Assembly (NCBI RefSeq): GCF_964355755.1
Contig: NC_092672.1
Location: 29,084,437 to 29,148,436 of the forward strand
Direction of reading: 5' to 3'
Length of the DNA: 64,000 bases
DNA from: Antedon mediterranea
Lineage: Eukaryota; Animalia; Echinodermata
The notes beneath the pieces are model-generated. The model saw only the letters and a program-made list of their open reading frames with translations, was not told the origin of the DNA and did no database searches. The translations under genes and the position numbers were made by a program. The stretch's first letter is position 1, and each line of letters opens with the position of its first letter. Positions 15,301 through 25,545 of the stretch are shown piece by piece.

Positions 15301-18300
15301 GTGATTTTATTAGAACTCGTTTTTCATATTTTTTACCTCCATCGCTATAATGTAGTCAGGTTTCGTTTCAAACGTAATAATAATACGTTTATACATATTC
15401 ATGAGGCGTCTAACAGTAACAGCATCCATTTCAGGATAATCGGTTAGTTACCTAAAAATATTCATTAAGAATAAACGATTGCGCCAAATTTCCGGTGCTA
15501 TTATGTTTCGACTTCAAATTGTCATATATTACGTAATACAACAATCATACAATATGCAAGTTCATCATTCGTGGCCATAGTTGGTCAGTTATGCAAGTTA
15601 TATAAAGTAATTGTAATCATTTCTAATGAAAGTATTAGATATACATATGCTTCTTAGGCCAGATATGATTTGTTTTCCAAATTCTTTCAGAGATGTCAAA
15701 CTTACGGCTGCAATGTCCGAGTGATATTCAGGAACAAGTTAGTCAAAGAAAATCGGGACAGATTGTCTATTATAGTGATCCACAATTAGTAGATTCAGAG
15801 CAAAGAGATCTATCAATAGATTGTACCACTCTATCTGGAATGACCTTTGACATCGGTGTGACCAATGTGACATGTGGTGCTGTCCCGGATGGCAGCATTC
15901 TTACTGTGTTTTGTTCTTTTTCGGTTACGATAGAAGGCAAGTTTTAGGAAATCAATGAACTAAAATCTTTTAATAAATGTTATAGAAGATTATAAATATT
16001 ATATATCAGAAAGCGTGATTAATTATATAATATGATTTTTCGTTATAGTTGAGTATATTCCAACAATCACGTGTCCAGAAAGAGCAACTGCTTTTGCCAG
16101 AGAAGGAACCTCGTCTGCAACAGTCGTCTGGGAATCTCCAATAATCGATGACGCAAATGGCAAAAGTTTTTACATCGTCTGCGACCAGGAGGCGAATTCA
16201 CAATTCCAATTAGGGGAAACGAACGTCACGTGTGCAGCAACATTTGAGGATGGTTTAACGATAGAATGCAGTTTTCCCGTTATAGTAACAGGTACACACT
16301 TTTATTCTTCAGTAACAGTGTAGAACCTGTCTATGGTAAATCAATCGTATAATACAAAATTGTATAATATACCACGCCATTGCGTCAAACACCATACCGT
16401 AATTTTAGGCCTATAAGAACCCTCATGTCATCACTTATAATGCTATTTCATTTTCATATTGTTTGTTTGTAGCATGCGATATTAGGCTAGAGTTCAGCTG
16501 TTACGTTTTTGTGACGTCAAAGATGACATTTTTCGAATCCAAAACAGGATGTCAAGAAATTGGAGCTGACCTTCTTGTTATTGACTCTGTAGAGGAGAAC
16601 TCTTTTATCACATCTAGAATGGCTGATGAGGTGCCAGATGCTAATATGGTATACATTGGAATGGACGATAGAGACGTTGAAGGTGTTTGGAAATGGATCC
16701 ATGGCGATATTGTTGGAGAGGATGCGTTTAAAAGTATATGAACATTTGTGTTTCCTTATTAATTAGGCCTTTTAGGGACACAGCAAACTTTGTTAACTTG
16801 TCTACACTACCAAACTTTGGAAAACCTATCTTGCCAGATTCGGAGTTTGTTCATATTTGCTAGTAGATACTAGGAAGATATTCCGTGTACGCACAGAAAC
16901 ATGAGTATTCTTGATTAGTACACTATGTTTTAGGAACGGTTTATCTTACAGTTTAAGTTGTACAAATATTATAAAATGATTACCGTACATAACATGTTTG
17001 CTTTTCCGTCAACAGATTGGAAGGAAGGAGAACCAGATAATCTAAACGACCAAGATTGTGGGTTAATTTTTGATGATGGTTTATGGACAGATAATCTGTG
17101 CAGCAGAGATTTTCCATCTATTTGTGAAAAAAGTAAGATATAATAATCTATCATATCTTCATAATTTATACAATTTCAAACAATAGATCGACCTAAGGCT
17201 ACAGTAGTACAAATATAATTATTTGAAAGTTGGAATGTTTTCCTTTTTAGATACTATGTACGCATATATGAATTGTCCAGGCGACATCAGGATCGAAATA
17301 GATTCAAGTGTTACCGGTGCAGCTGCATCATGGGATACGCCAGTCGTTGTTGATCCGAATAATCGTGAAATGACGGTAAAATGCGAACCGAGTTCTGGAT
17401 CAGATTTTCTACTTGGTGTTACATCAGTGACTTGCATAGCTCTTTACGAGGACTCAGAGCAAGCAATATGTTCATTCAATGTCGAAATTATTGGTAAGTT
17501 ACGAATACCTGCCATGTGACGTCATATTCGTTTAAATTATCCACACAATACTTTAGGCACAGACATTACCTCCCATGTGACAAGATCCCAAAAGTGTAAA
17601 CGATAAAACAGAATCAAGTATATGTTGTGTTGTTTCAGTTTGCGAAACCACGTTTGAAGGAAGTTGCTATAAGTTCATGACCTCTAAAAAGACCTTTCAA
17701 GATTCACGTGACCTGTGCAAAGCAGAGAATGCGGACCTTGTGACCATAGAAACAGAAGCTGAAAGAGACTACATTTCTTTTCTTCAGAACGAGTACCTTG
17801 GGTCATCCGCATTAATTGGTCTGAATGACATCGATCAAGAAGGGACGTGGCAGTGGATAGATGGCTTAGCATTTCACCAAGATGATTTCCAAGGTTTGTT
17901 CTGCAGACAATGTTTTACATTACTTATTTAATTAATTTTAGATTCTTCATTTAGTAGTAAATGCTTTAATTAAAAGTTGCATTTAAACTAAAAAAAATGA
18001 TTATGATACCTGGAATGTCTAGCCTTATGAAAATTAGGCTAAATCAAATTTACGGAGCACCGTCTGATATATTAACATTTCTTGTAAACAACAATGCATG
18101 GTTTGACATTTTTTTGCCAAATAATTGTTTGGCTTTTACAAACTATTGTCTCGTCTTTCAAGACAAACAATGTTTCTTTTTTTTAAAACTATAAACGAAA
18201 CCGTTATTTGTCTTTCGCAAACAAAGTCTGTCTTTACAAATCATGATTTGTAGGAAACATAATATATACTGTAGTGTGTGGGACCGAACAATTCATTTAC

Positions 18301-21300
18301 CCATATTACCAAGAGTTGTACAGATACACTTTTGTTCTTGTAGACTGGGCCTCTGGAGAACCAAACGGAGATTCAGGTGAAAACTGCGTCACAATGAAAA
18401 CGAGTGGACAATGGAAAGATGTCAGTTGTGATTTACAGAACAGAGTTATCTGTGAATTGGGTATACCGTCACAATGTTAACATCTCACACAAACATATTA
18501 GGTATGCTGCATAATGAAATGAATGATCTTTTTACGGAAAATAACAAGAATCTAATTTCCTGTTCTTTACAGATATTCCAAAACTGCAATTATCCTGTCC
18601 AGACGACCTAACCAAACTAATCAGCGAAAGTGAAACTGTTGGTTTAGTAGATTACAGTACACCAGTGTTGGTAGATCCTGATCAGCAACGTGAGGTGACT
18701 ATTACGTGTGAACCAGAATCAGGAACAGAATTTCCACTTGGTTCTTCTATTGTAACGTGCGGGGGTGTTCCAGACAGCAGTATACTTACGGCTTACTGTT
18801 CTTTTACGGTCACGGTGGAAGGTAAGTTTTAAAAAAGAAATGTACAACACGAGATTTTCAAGAAAATATGAAACAGGCTTCCAAAATATCTAAGATATAA
18901 ATAATTATTAAAATAAAGACATTTTAAGTAGCTACAAATAAATAATTTATCATTTATTCTGATAAAAGAGCTTTTCTTTACTAGTTGCACCAACGCCTAT
19001 TTTAGTGTGTCCAACGAGTGCTGCCGCTTTTGCCAGAGAACGAACATCGTCTGCAAAAGTTGTTTGGGAATCTCCAGTGGTGGATGATGTCCTTAAGCGA
19101 GAATTTGACATCGTCTGCGATCCTCCCGTAAATTCAGAGTTTCCATTAGGAGACAGCACTGTAGAGTGTGTAGCAACTACAGATGGCACTCAAGTTTCTT
19201 GCAGCTTTTCAGTAACTGTGACAGGTAAACTGGTATTACTGTATATAAGGCAACATACCATGTTTTATTTGTTTTGTTTTAACAAATAAGTAGACAACAC
19301 AATAGAAGCAGAATGCTGAAGAGGGTCAAAAGCAGAAAAACGACCTAACCGGGAAGCGATATTTCTTTTCGTACATAAGTTGGGGACCCCTCGTCAAACG
19401 TCACAAAATAAACATGAATATTCATTAGTCATATCAATAAGGTGTGACGTAAGAATTAAGCTAACTACAATTCGCTAATGCAAACGATTTCTGTCGAGCC
19501 GTCTGTGTAGTCGAGTGGATAAGACTATCTTTACATGTCGATGTATGGGGTTCGATTCCCATGAGCTACTTCTTTTACTTTATAGTGAGAGACAGATTAT
19601 TAAGAGGGTTAGGTTTAGTTATATTTAGGAAGTAGTTCGGCTATCTTTCACATGGGGTCCCCAACTTATGTACGAAAAAAAAAATCGCAACCGGGAATGG
19701 TGTGACCCTCCAATTCCATTGTGTCACAAATAGCTTTTTCAGTATGTTCATTATAGCAAGCTAGCTTAACCGTTACCACACTAAAGATGAGTTCTATGCC
19801 ACATTTAAAACGTATTTGGCCAATAACCATGTTTCTATTTTATACTCAATTCAGCGTGTGATAACCGGTTCCAATTCAACTGTTACATTTTCATCAATGA
19901 AAAGAGGACGTTTTCTGAGTCGAGATCAGCATGCCAGGAGATCGGAGCTGATCTACTGGTGATTGAGACAAGGGAAGAGAACGAGTACATCACCAGTACA
20001 ATTGAGATGGAGATGCCAGGCGTGGTATCGATGCTAATTGGAATGGAAGATAGCGAAGTTGAAGGAGACTGGGTTTGGATAAATGGAGATCGACTCGCCA
20101 ACAGTTTTACATGTGAATAAAATTGATTTGCTTTTAAACACTGTTGTTCTAAAACTGTTAGTTGGCCTCTGACTCCGACAGTCCGCCGCCGCACATCGTC
20201 ACAGTAGCATGTTTAATGAGAGAGTTTTTAAACGAGATATTAAATCACTTATTGCATAATTTTACTTTTACTACTTATTTGATAGATTGGAAGGAAGGAG
20301 AACCAGACAACTCTAACAACCAAGACTGTGGGTTTATCCTCAGTGATGGTCAATGGAGTGACAACCTTTGCACACGTGATTCGGAAGCTATCTGTGAAGC
20401 AAGTAGGTTGAGATATCTAATAGATACTATTTTACTTCTATTTAATAAAACGTAATTCCATTACACCTGAAACATGTGTGGCTGCAACGTGACATTCTAT
20501 GTAACGCCAACGTTGACGAACCGAACAAAGTAGTACAACAGCGTGTAATGAAAAGCCGAAGTTGACAACATTAATAACTGCTATCCTAAGCCATACGTTA
20601 AACGTTTGTATTGTTTACGATTGTTCACAGGTACTACATATGCGTACTTGACATGTTCAGGTGACATTGTCATCCACACAGACCCACGAGTAAATGGCGC
20701 TACTGTATCATGGGACACGCCAGTAGCTACTGATCCAAACAACCGCAAAATGGAAGTCACGTGTAAGCCTATGTCTGGATCGGAGTTTTTAACTGGTGAA
20801 ACAGACGTCACATGCAGAGCCACATTTGACGAATCAGAGCAAGCCACGTGTTCATTTAGCGTTAACATTGTTGGTAAGTTATAAATACCGGTTACGGATC
20901 ACCAAGTTCATTCAATTCAACACATTTTAATAAAAACATCATTACTGGTGTTTCTTCTTTCAAACTTTTCAGCTTGCGAAACAGCCTTCGAATTTAGTTG
21001 CTACAGCTTCATAACTACCAAGCAAGTTTTTGAATCATCACGTGATTCATGTATAGCAGAAAACGCCGATCTGGTATCCATAGACTCAAAGGCAGAAAGG
21101 GACCACGTCACATTCCTTCAAAACGATTTGTTAGGTTCATCTGCATTTATCGGTCTAAATGACATCGAAATGGAGAACTCTTGGAGGTGGATTGCTGATG
21201 ATACAATATTGACAGAAATCGGCTTCCAAGGTAAGTTCCATTTTGTTACACCAAGTAGGCCTATAAATCACAATAAAGTTGTGCAGATTACTTTTGTTTT

Positions 21301-23808
21301 TTCTCTCCAATCACACGTTGCCAATGCTTCTTTAACAACGTTCTTCTGTTTCTACACAAAGACTGGGCATCTGGAGAACCAAACGGAGATTCAGATGAAA
21401 ATTGCGTCACAATGAAAACGAGTGGCCAATGGAAAGATGTCAGCTGTGATTCTAAAAACAGGGCGATTTGTGAACTTGGTAAGTTATAATAAATCTCAAA
21501 TTTAGGTAAATTTATATAAAGATTATCAGCATGCGATATCGTGCCAAAGACTACGAGAACACAGTGTCTCAAACGATAAAGTATTAAAACTTCTGAACCA
21601 TTTTTGTCGCTTTACATTTTTGACTGATATTGTTTTTGCTTACAGAAATATACCCTTTGAGATTATCTTGCACGGCGGACATCACCACAATAATCAAACA
21701 AGGCAGCTTCGGCAAAATTGTTACTTACACTATACCACAGCTGGTGGATCCAATCTTTGAGAGGTATGCAGCAGTAACTTGCAACTATCCACCAGGAGCA
21801 GTGTTTCCAATTGGAACAACAGTTGTGACGTGTGAAGGGGTACTGGTTGAAAGTTTAATGACGGCATCGTGTTCTTTCTCTGTAACGGTAGAAGGTATGT
21901 ATACCCACCAGTGTCAATCATCCTCCAAATGTTAAGAAATCCATTGTTTAGTTATTGTATTGCTCATTAGGATTAGCTTTAACCATCAGCTTCCACTATG
22001 TCGCAAAGTAATGACGTAAGAGCAACGATCTCACCAATCACGTGATCTAAGTCCTTGCATTATGTTGCTAGTGGGACCAAAGCTTTATAAAGACATCTAA
22101 CCAGAGAGTGATCATACAAATGATCTACAGTTAAATCCTGGTAGCCAAACGTGTCTTACACATTTCCCCTTTTAAATACGTAATTATGTTCATTTTTACG
22201 GTCGACTATATTGGTCAGTCTTACTTCCAGTCTCAGTACGTATTTTTTTAAAAGAATGTAATACCATATCCATCCATGACGTAACATCTTTTGTAAAACA
22301 TTGTGGACTGTTTCTTTTTAATTCAGAGTGCGAGATCGGATACCTGAACAGTTGTTACATTTACATATCAACCAAAAATACATTTGACGGGCAGGCATCT
22401 AAATGTCAAGAGATAGGAGGTTCACTAGTAGACATTCACAGCCAGGAAGAAAACGATTTTCTCTCTGTTAACTTTCAGAGCATAATGGAAAACGACAAAG
22501 CGTATGCAGGCTTGCGATACACACCAGAAAATGGTTGGAAATGGCAAGATGGACGGGGTATTGCAGACTATGAATGTTAGTAAAACTGAATACTAATAAA
22601 GCTAACTAATAAAATCGATATCTGAAAAATGTCATGCTCTCATACTTGGAGTTACACCAGGGAAGAGTGAAATTACGCTAATTGCACTCTTCCCTAGTTA
22701 CACAGTCTTATAGGCCTACACTTTAAAGTGAGCCGAGCTGCATGAATAAAAATCACAATTGTTATTTCAGATTGGGACAGTTCACAACCTCGAAAATATA
22801 AAGACGGAGAAGCCTGTCTATCATTGAGACCTGAGAATGGAAAATGGGTGGACCAGTACTGCACGACAAAGTTACCGACTATATGCGAAATAGGTACGGG
22901 CTAGTAGGCCTATTATTAGTCCGAGACAGTAGTCGTACAGTGGCTTATTAAGTCTCCATAAAAGTAAAGACCTTCTTTTCAAAATTCCAGTTTGCACACT
23001 GATACAGAAGAAAAGTCGCAATCAATAGTAATAATGCCATAGTTGTTGAAATGGATACATTAACTAGGCCTACTTACCAACAATTCGATGGCCGCCGATA
23101 TAACCCTCGTGTCGCGGTACGGTAGCTCTTTCGGTGTCGCAAAACCTCTTTACGGTATGCTTAACCTGGAACACCACATTAACCTCCTGCGCAGTGCCTA
23201 TATTTAATTTAACTGAATAACAAACATGGCGTAAACACTAATAATAATAATTAATGAACAGTTGTTTTGCGCGCAATTGTTCAGACAATATCTTTTAATA
23301 GCATACTGTGCTTTCTAAAAAAATTGTGAACACGTGTTATGTATATCGTTCGTAATCGCCATCACAATGATGCAAAACTGTATTTCAGCTGAAGCTTCGT
23401 TGTTGGCGGCGGTAGTTCAAAGATGTTCAAAACTGAGGCTTTATTTACAAAACATGATCATCTAAATGTTAATGCTAGATTAGTAAAATTGCTATTTTGA
23501 AAACCCAATACTAATAATACTAATACTAATTATTATTACTTTTTGCTGCTAAGCATGTTTGATAAATCTTACCCTTTTATCTAAGCCCATTTAAGCAATT
23601 TTACAATTAATTTATTTTGAACATTATACAATCCACCAAACGAGTGAAAGGCGCACTGACATTTTAGTGAATGTATGAAATCAACACAACCATTCAATTA
23701 ATATTATATTAGAGAATGTGAAACATCAAAGATAAAAAGAACTTCAATTATAATGTAGCAATTCAAATAGGCCTACTTGTGTTTTTTTCTTCAGATATTG
23801 GTGGGTAA
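255..23808 (+). CDS. Giant multidomain lectin (CUB-CTLD-TSP1-FTP-[HYR/CTLD]n), 5' end outside window; 50 exons, 14 CTLD + 17 HYR
   Basis: Hand-spliced exons with AG acceptors and GT donors (one GC), frame-continuous: 255-388, 821-1078, 1481-1618, 1825-2094, 2196-2285, 2375-2596, 2876-3124, 3822-4067, 4324-4449, 4749-4991, 5204-5461, 5695-5811, then five 7-exon units (6141-21894), 22327-22575, 22771-22893, 23795-23808 (DIGG-stop; last exon less certain). No in-frame stops seen. Confidence 0.88.
821..1618 (+). CDS. CTLD 1 (exons 821-1078, 1481-1618), non-canonical sugar site (YPY...WKS)
   Basis: C-x4-CY, W..AQ..C, FWIG, WQW; second exon SWETGYPYPRGSSALCADASVYGYWKSEKCSTTYSAVICQ. Confidence 0.85.
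1192..1296. mobile_element. Palindromic MITE-like element
   Basis: Imperfect arms of about 35 bp: GGAGAAGGTTATGTTACTTGAAGCTGTCCATCTG / CAGGTGGACAGCCTCCAGTAAGCACAAGCATCTCC. Confidence 0.55.
1825..2596 (+). CDS. TSP1 repeat followed by F-type lectin (fucolectin/FTP) domain (exons 1825-2094, 2196-2285, 2375-2596)
   Basis: WFDWEPWSYCTVSCSGGIQKRHREC (TSP1); AQGKPALMSST..AMNAVDGN..CSIT..PWWMVDLG..IIITNRADCC..IRVGN..GRYVSVQL..LQMCEVEVF (F-type lectin fold). Confidence 0.9.
2876..5811 (+). CDS. HYR1-CTLD2(QPD)-HYR2-CTLD3(EPD) segment preceding the super-repeats
   Basis: Exons 2876-3124, 3822-4067, 4324-4449, 4749-4991, 5204-5461, 5695-5811; HYR signature CP..V.W..P...C....S.FP.G.T.VTC...C.F.V.V. 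Confidence 0.88.
3300..3690 (+). mobile_element. 5'-truncated CR1/Jockey-group LINE 3' end
   Basis: ORF 3329-3583 (DC.L..LRVPSRRLR..F..SRVN....ISRL...YN....DIF....F) resembles a CR1-type ORF2 C-terminus; it is followed by a short 3' UTR and an (AATA)n tail at about 3668-3688. Confidence 0.6.
4537..4686. mobile_element. MITE family 1 (Harbinger/Tourist-like), fully palindromic copy
   Basis: Arms of about 70 bp AGCGTGGTTCCCACTAG...TTGACCAATCACAAGCGA / reverse complement; TTA on both flanks. Confidence 0.85.
5961..6091. mobile_element. MITE family 1 copy
   Basis: TTGGTTCCCATTAG...TAGTGGGAACCAAGCA, TTA both sides. Confidence 0.75.
6141..8895 (+). CDS. Super-repeat unit 1: HYR-A, CTLD-X(QPY), HYR-B, CTLD-Y(EPN), HYR-C
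   Basis: Exons 6141-6380, 6576-6830, 7099-7215, 7354-7596, 7917-8165, 8268-8384, 8647-8895. Confidence 0.88.
9111..12096 (+). CDS. Super-repeat unit 2 (EPD, EPN)
   Basis: Exons 9111-9353, 9686-9943, 10094-10210, 10405-10647, 10787-11041, 11155-11274, 11854-12096. Confidence 0.88.
12331..15936 (+). CDS. Super-repeat unit 3 (EPD, EPN)
   Basis: Exons 12331-12573, 12778-13035, 13598-13714, 13988-14230, 14420-14674, 15049-15168, 15691-15936 (GC donor). Confidence 0.88.
16049..18821 (+). CDS. Super-repeat unit 4 (EPD, EPN)
   Basis: Exons 16049-16291, 16473-16733, 17016-17132, 17251-17493, 17639-17893, 18344-18460, 18573-18821. Confidence 0.88.
18985..21894 (+). CDS. Super-repeat unit 5 (EPD, EPN)
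   Basis: Exons 18985-19224, 19855-20112, 20286-20402, 20631-20873, 20973-21230, 21362-21478, 21646-21894. Confidence 0.88.
19356..19688. mobile_element. Mutator-like non-autonomous element with perfect 9-bp TSD
   Basis: TIR of about 35 bp GCGATATTTCTTTTCGTACATAAGTTGGGGACCCC / GGGGTCCCCAACTTATGTACGAAAAAAAAAATCGC; AACCGGGAA at 19347-19355 and 19689-19697. Confidence 0.85.
21988..22084. mobile_element. MITE family 1, degenerate copy
   Basis: CCAATCAC core and CTAGTGGGACCAAAGCT right end. Confidence 0.5.
22327..22893 (+). CDS. Terminal divergent CTLD 14 (QPR...WVD); not in ORF track
   Basis: Exons 22327-22575 (ECEIGYLNSCYIY..CQEIGGSLVDIHSQEENDF..YAGL..WKWQDG) and 22771-22893 (WDSSQPRKYKDGEAC..GKWVDQYC..ICE). 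Confidence 0.85.
22658..22696. mobile_element. 39-bp hairpin mini-element with 7-bp TSD
   Basis: GTTACAC|CAGGGAAGAGTG...CACTCTTCCCTA|GTTACAC. Confidence 0.6.
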
Positions 23809-23929
23809 AATGATCTACATAGTCTGTCAGCTTGCTTTAGGAATCACATAGCGACTCAAGCTGATTCGTATACTCTTGTTATGTACTTCGTGACGTCACA
23901 AGCAGTAGTTTGACGCGTCTGTAGACATC

Positions 23930-24050
23930 ACCAGAGACGCAATGCATGGACGTAAGCGAGTTGACCAATGACAGACAAGAGTTCCAATAATCCATCGCTC
24001 GTGATTGGTCAAATCACTTTTACGTTGCGCTTGCTAGTTTGAACCAAGCA
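23930..24050. mobile_element. MITE family 1 copy, just downstream of the lectin stop codon
   Basis: TTGACCAATGAC...GTGATTGGTCAA...CTAGTTTGAACCAAGCA|TTA; left end degenerate. Confidence 0.65.
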
Positions 24051-24971
24051 TTATAGACAGTACAACAATTCATTATACCAAATATATATATATCACTGTT
24101 GTTTATTTAAAAAGAACCAACGTACGCACCCTAGGAAACTGCATATACCGAACTTACTTATATACAGAACAATCATTGGTGTGTGTGTAACATGTGACCT
24201 TACGCAGACTAACACAATTGAACCAATGATAAACGAAGACTGGTTTTAAAAACTATTTCATGTTACTTAGATTTAAACTTAATTATTCTTAAGTACAGTA
24301 TATACATGTTTACTAATTAAAATAATGTTAGTATATTTTTGTAGTTTCTACTAATTTTTGTATTGCGTACTGATTACTGTATATTATTATTATACTGTAT
24401 CTACATTTTCCGGATTTCTTATTCTATTTTCCCTTCATTATGGGGTGCCATGAGCAGTGTGTTAAACATACATTTTACAGCACAGACACTTGTTTTATTG
24501 CTGCTTATGGCACCTCATACTTTCAAGATTCCGATTTCTATTAAAGGTGAAACATACTTACGATTACTAATGTTACACACTTGAATACATGAATGTACTG
24601 TATGTAATGTTTTCACATCATGATTTCTGGGACTATAATATAGAGTATAGCTACGGACAGGAGTTCGGTAGCTTTTGGTGGAGTGGAGCAACTATTCTGA
24701 TACAAAATGTACGATTTATTTCAAACATATAGAAACTAAAGACATTGGTAAGTTTGAAGATTTCCCATAGAGATATAAAAAACACGGAGGGAATTATGAA
24801 TATAATAATATGAATACAATTTATTAATATTTAGAATATAATTGATGAATACCATATGATATAAGATAGTATTAGAGTTTAGAATGAGTTAAGTAAAATG
24901 AATACATGATGTACCTCTTTGATAAATTAAATAGTTAGTTATACTGTATGTATCAAGATGCTGTGTGTTAA

Positions 24972-25106
24972 TGCCTGGTTCACACTAGAACACAACACAA
25001 GAACGCAAGAGCAATGTAATTTGACCAATCACAATGGGATTTATGATGATCCATAGCGTCGTGATTGGTCGAATTACTTGCGTTGCGTACTGGTGGAAAC
25101 CAAGCT
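24972..25106. mobile_element. MITE family 1 copy
   Basis: TAA|TGCCTGGTTCACACTAG...TGGTGGAAACCAAGCT|TAA. Confidence 0.75.
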
Positions 25107-25401
25107 TAATAGTTAATGCATTATAATGTTTAACGTTACAGCATAGTTATAATATAATTGACATGTAAAAATTAGCAGGTAATACAATAATAAACAGATA
25201 ACTGACTTTGTTTAAAGTACTATCAAGAAATCGGTTAATAAAACTCCAAGTTTAAAAAATCCTATTAATTGTTGGCAGTTTTACACACAAAAGACCAATG
25301 TCATCTAAAGGAATGATTGAATTACTGTTTAATTGGAAAGTAAGATAAAACATGAAAAATAATTGAACACATGAATACAGTTTGAGACAAGATTGGCTAA
25401 A

Positions 25402-25545
25402 TGCTCTGTCTACACTATCCAACTTTGTGTGACAACAAAAATGTGATGTTTCCAATATATGGACACGATGACGTCATATCACTACCGTATTTGGGCACAT
25501 CACTCTTTCTGTTGGTCAAACTAGTTTGATAGTGTAGACAGAGCT
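25402..25545. mobile_element. MITE family 2 (Harbinger/Tourist-like)
   Basis: TIR GCTCTGTCTACACTATC / GATAGTGTAGACAGAGCT; internal GGGCACATCAC repeats; further copies at 38657 and 48361. Confidence 0.8.

Noticed and set aside
6141-21894. Tandem cluster of separate small lectin genes
   Set aside because: No start/signal-peptide exons or stop codons between units; splice phases join all exons into one frame.
6141-21894. Assembly-duplicated segment
   Set aside because: Units differ substantially in exon sequence and have unalignable introns with different insertions.
23389-23465. Alternative last lectin exon (AEASLLAAVVQRCSKLRLYLQNMII-stop)
   Set aside because: It is phase-compatible, but the polypyrimidine tract is weak and the adjacent 17-mer TGTATATCGTTCGTAAT recurs at 63357 in probable repeat DNA. 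The acceptor at 23794 is much stronger. Not fully excluded.
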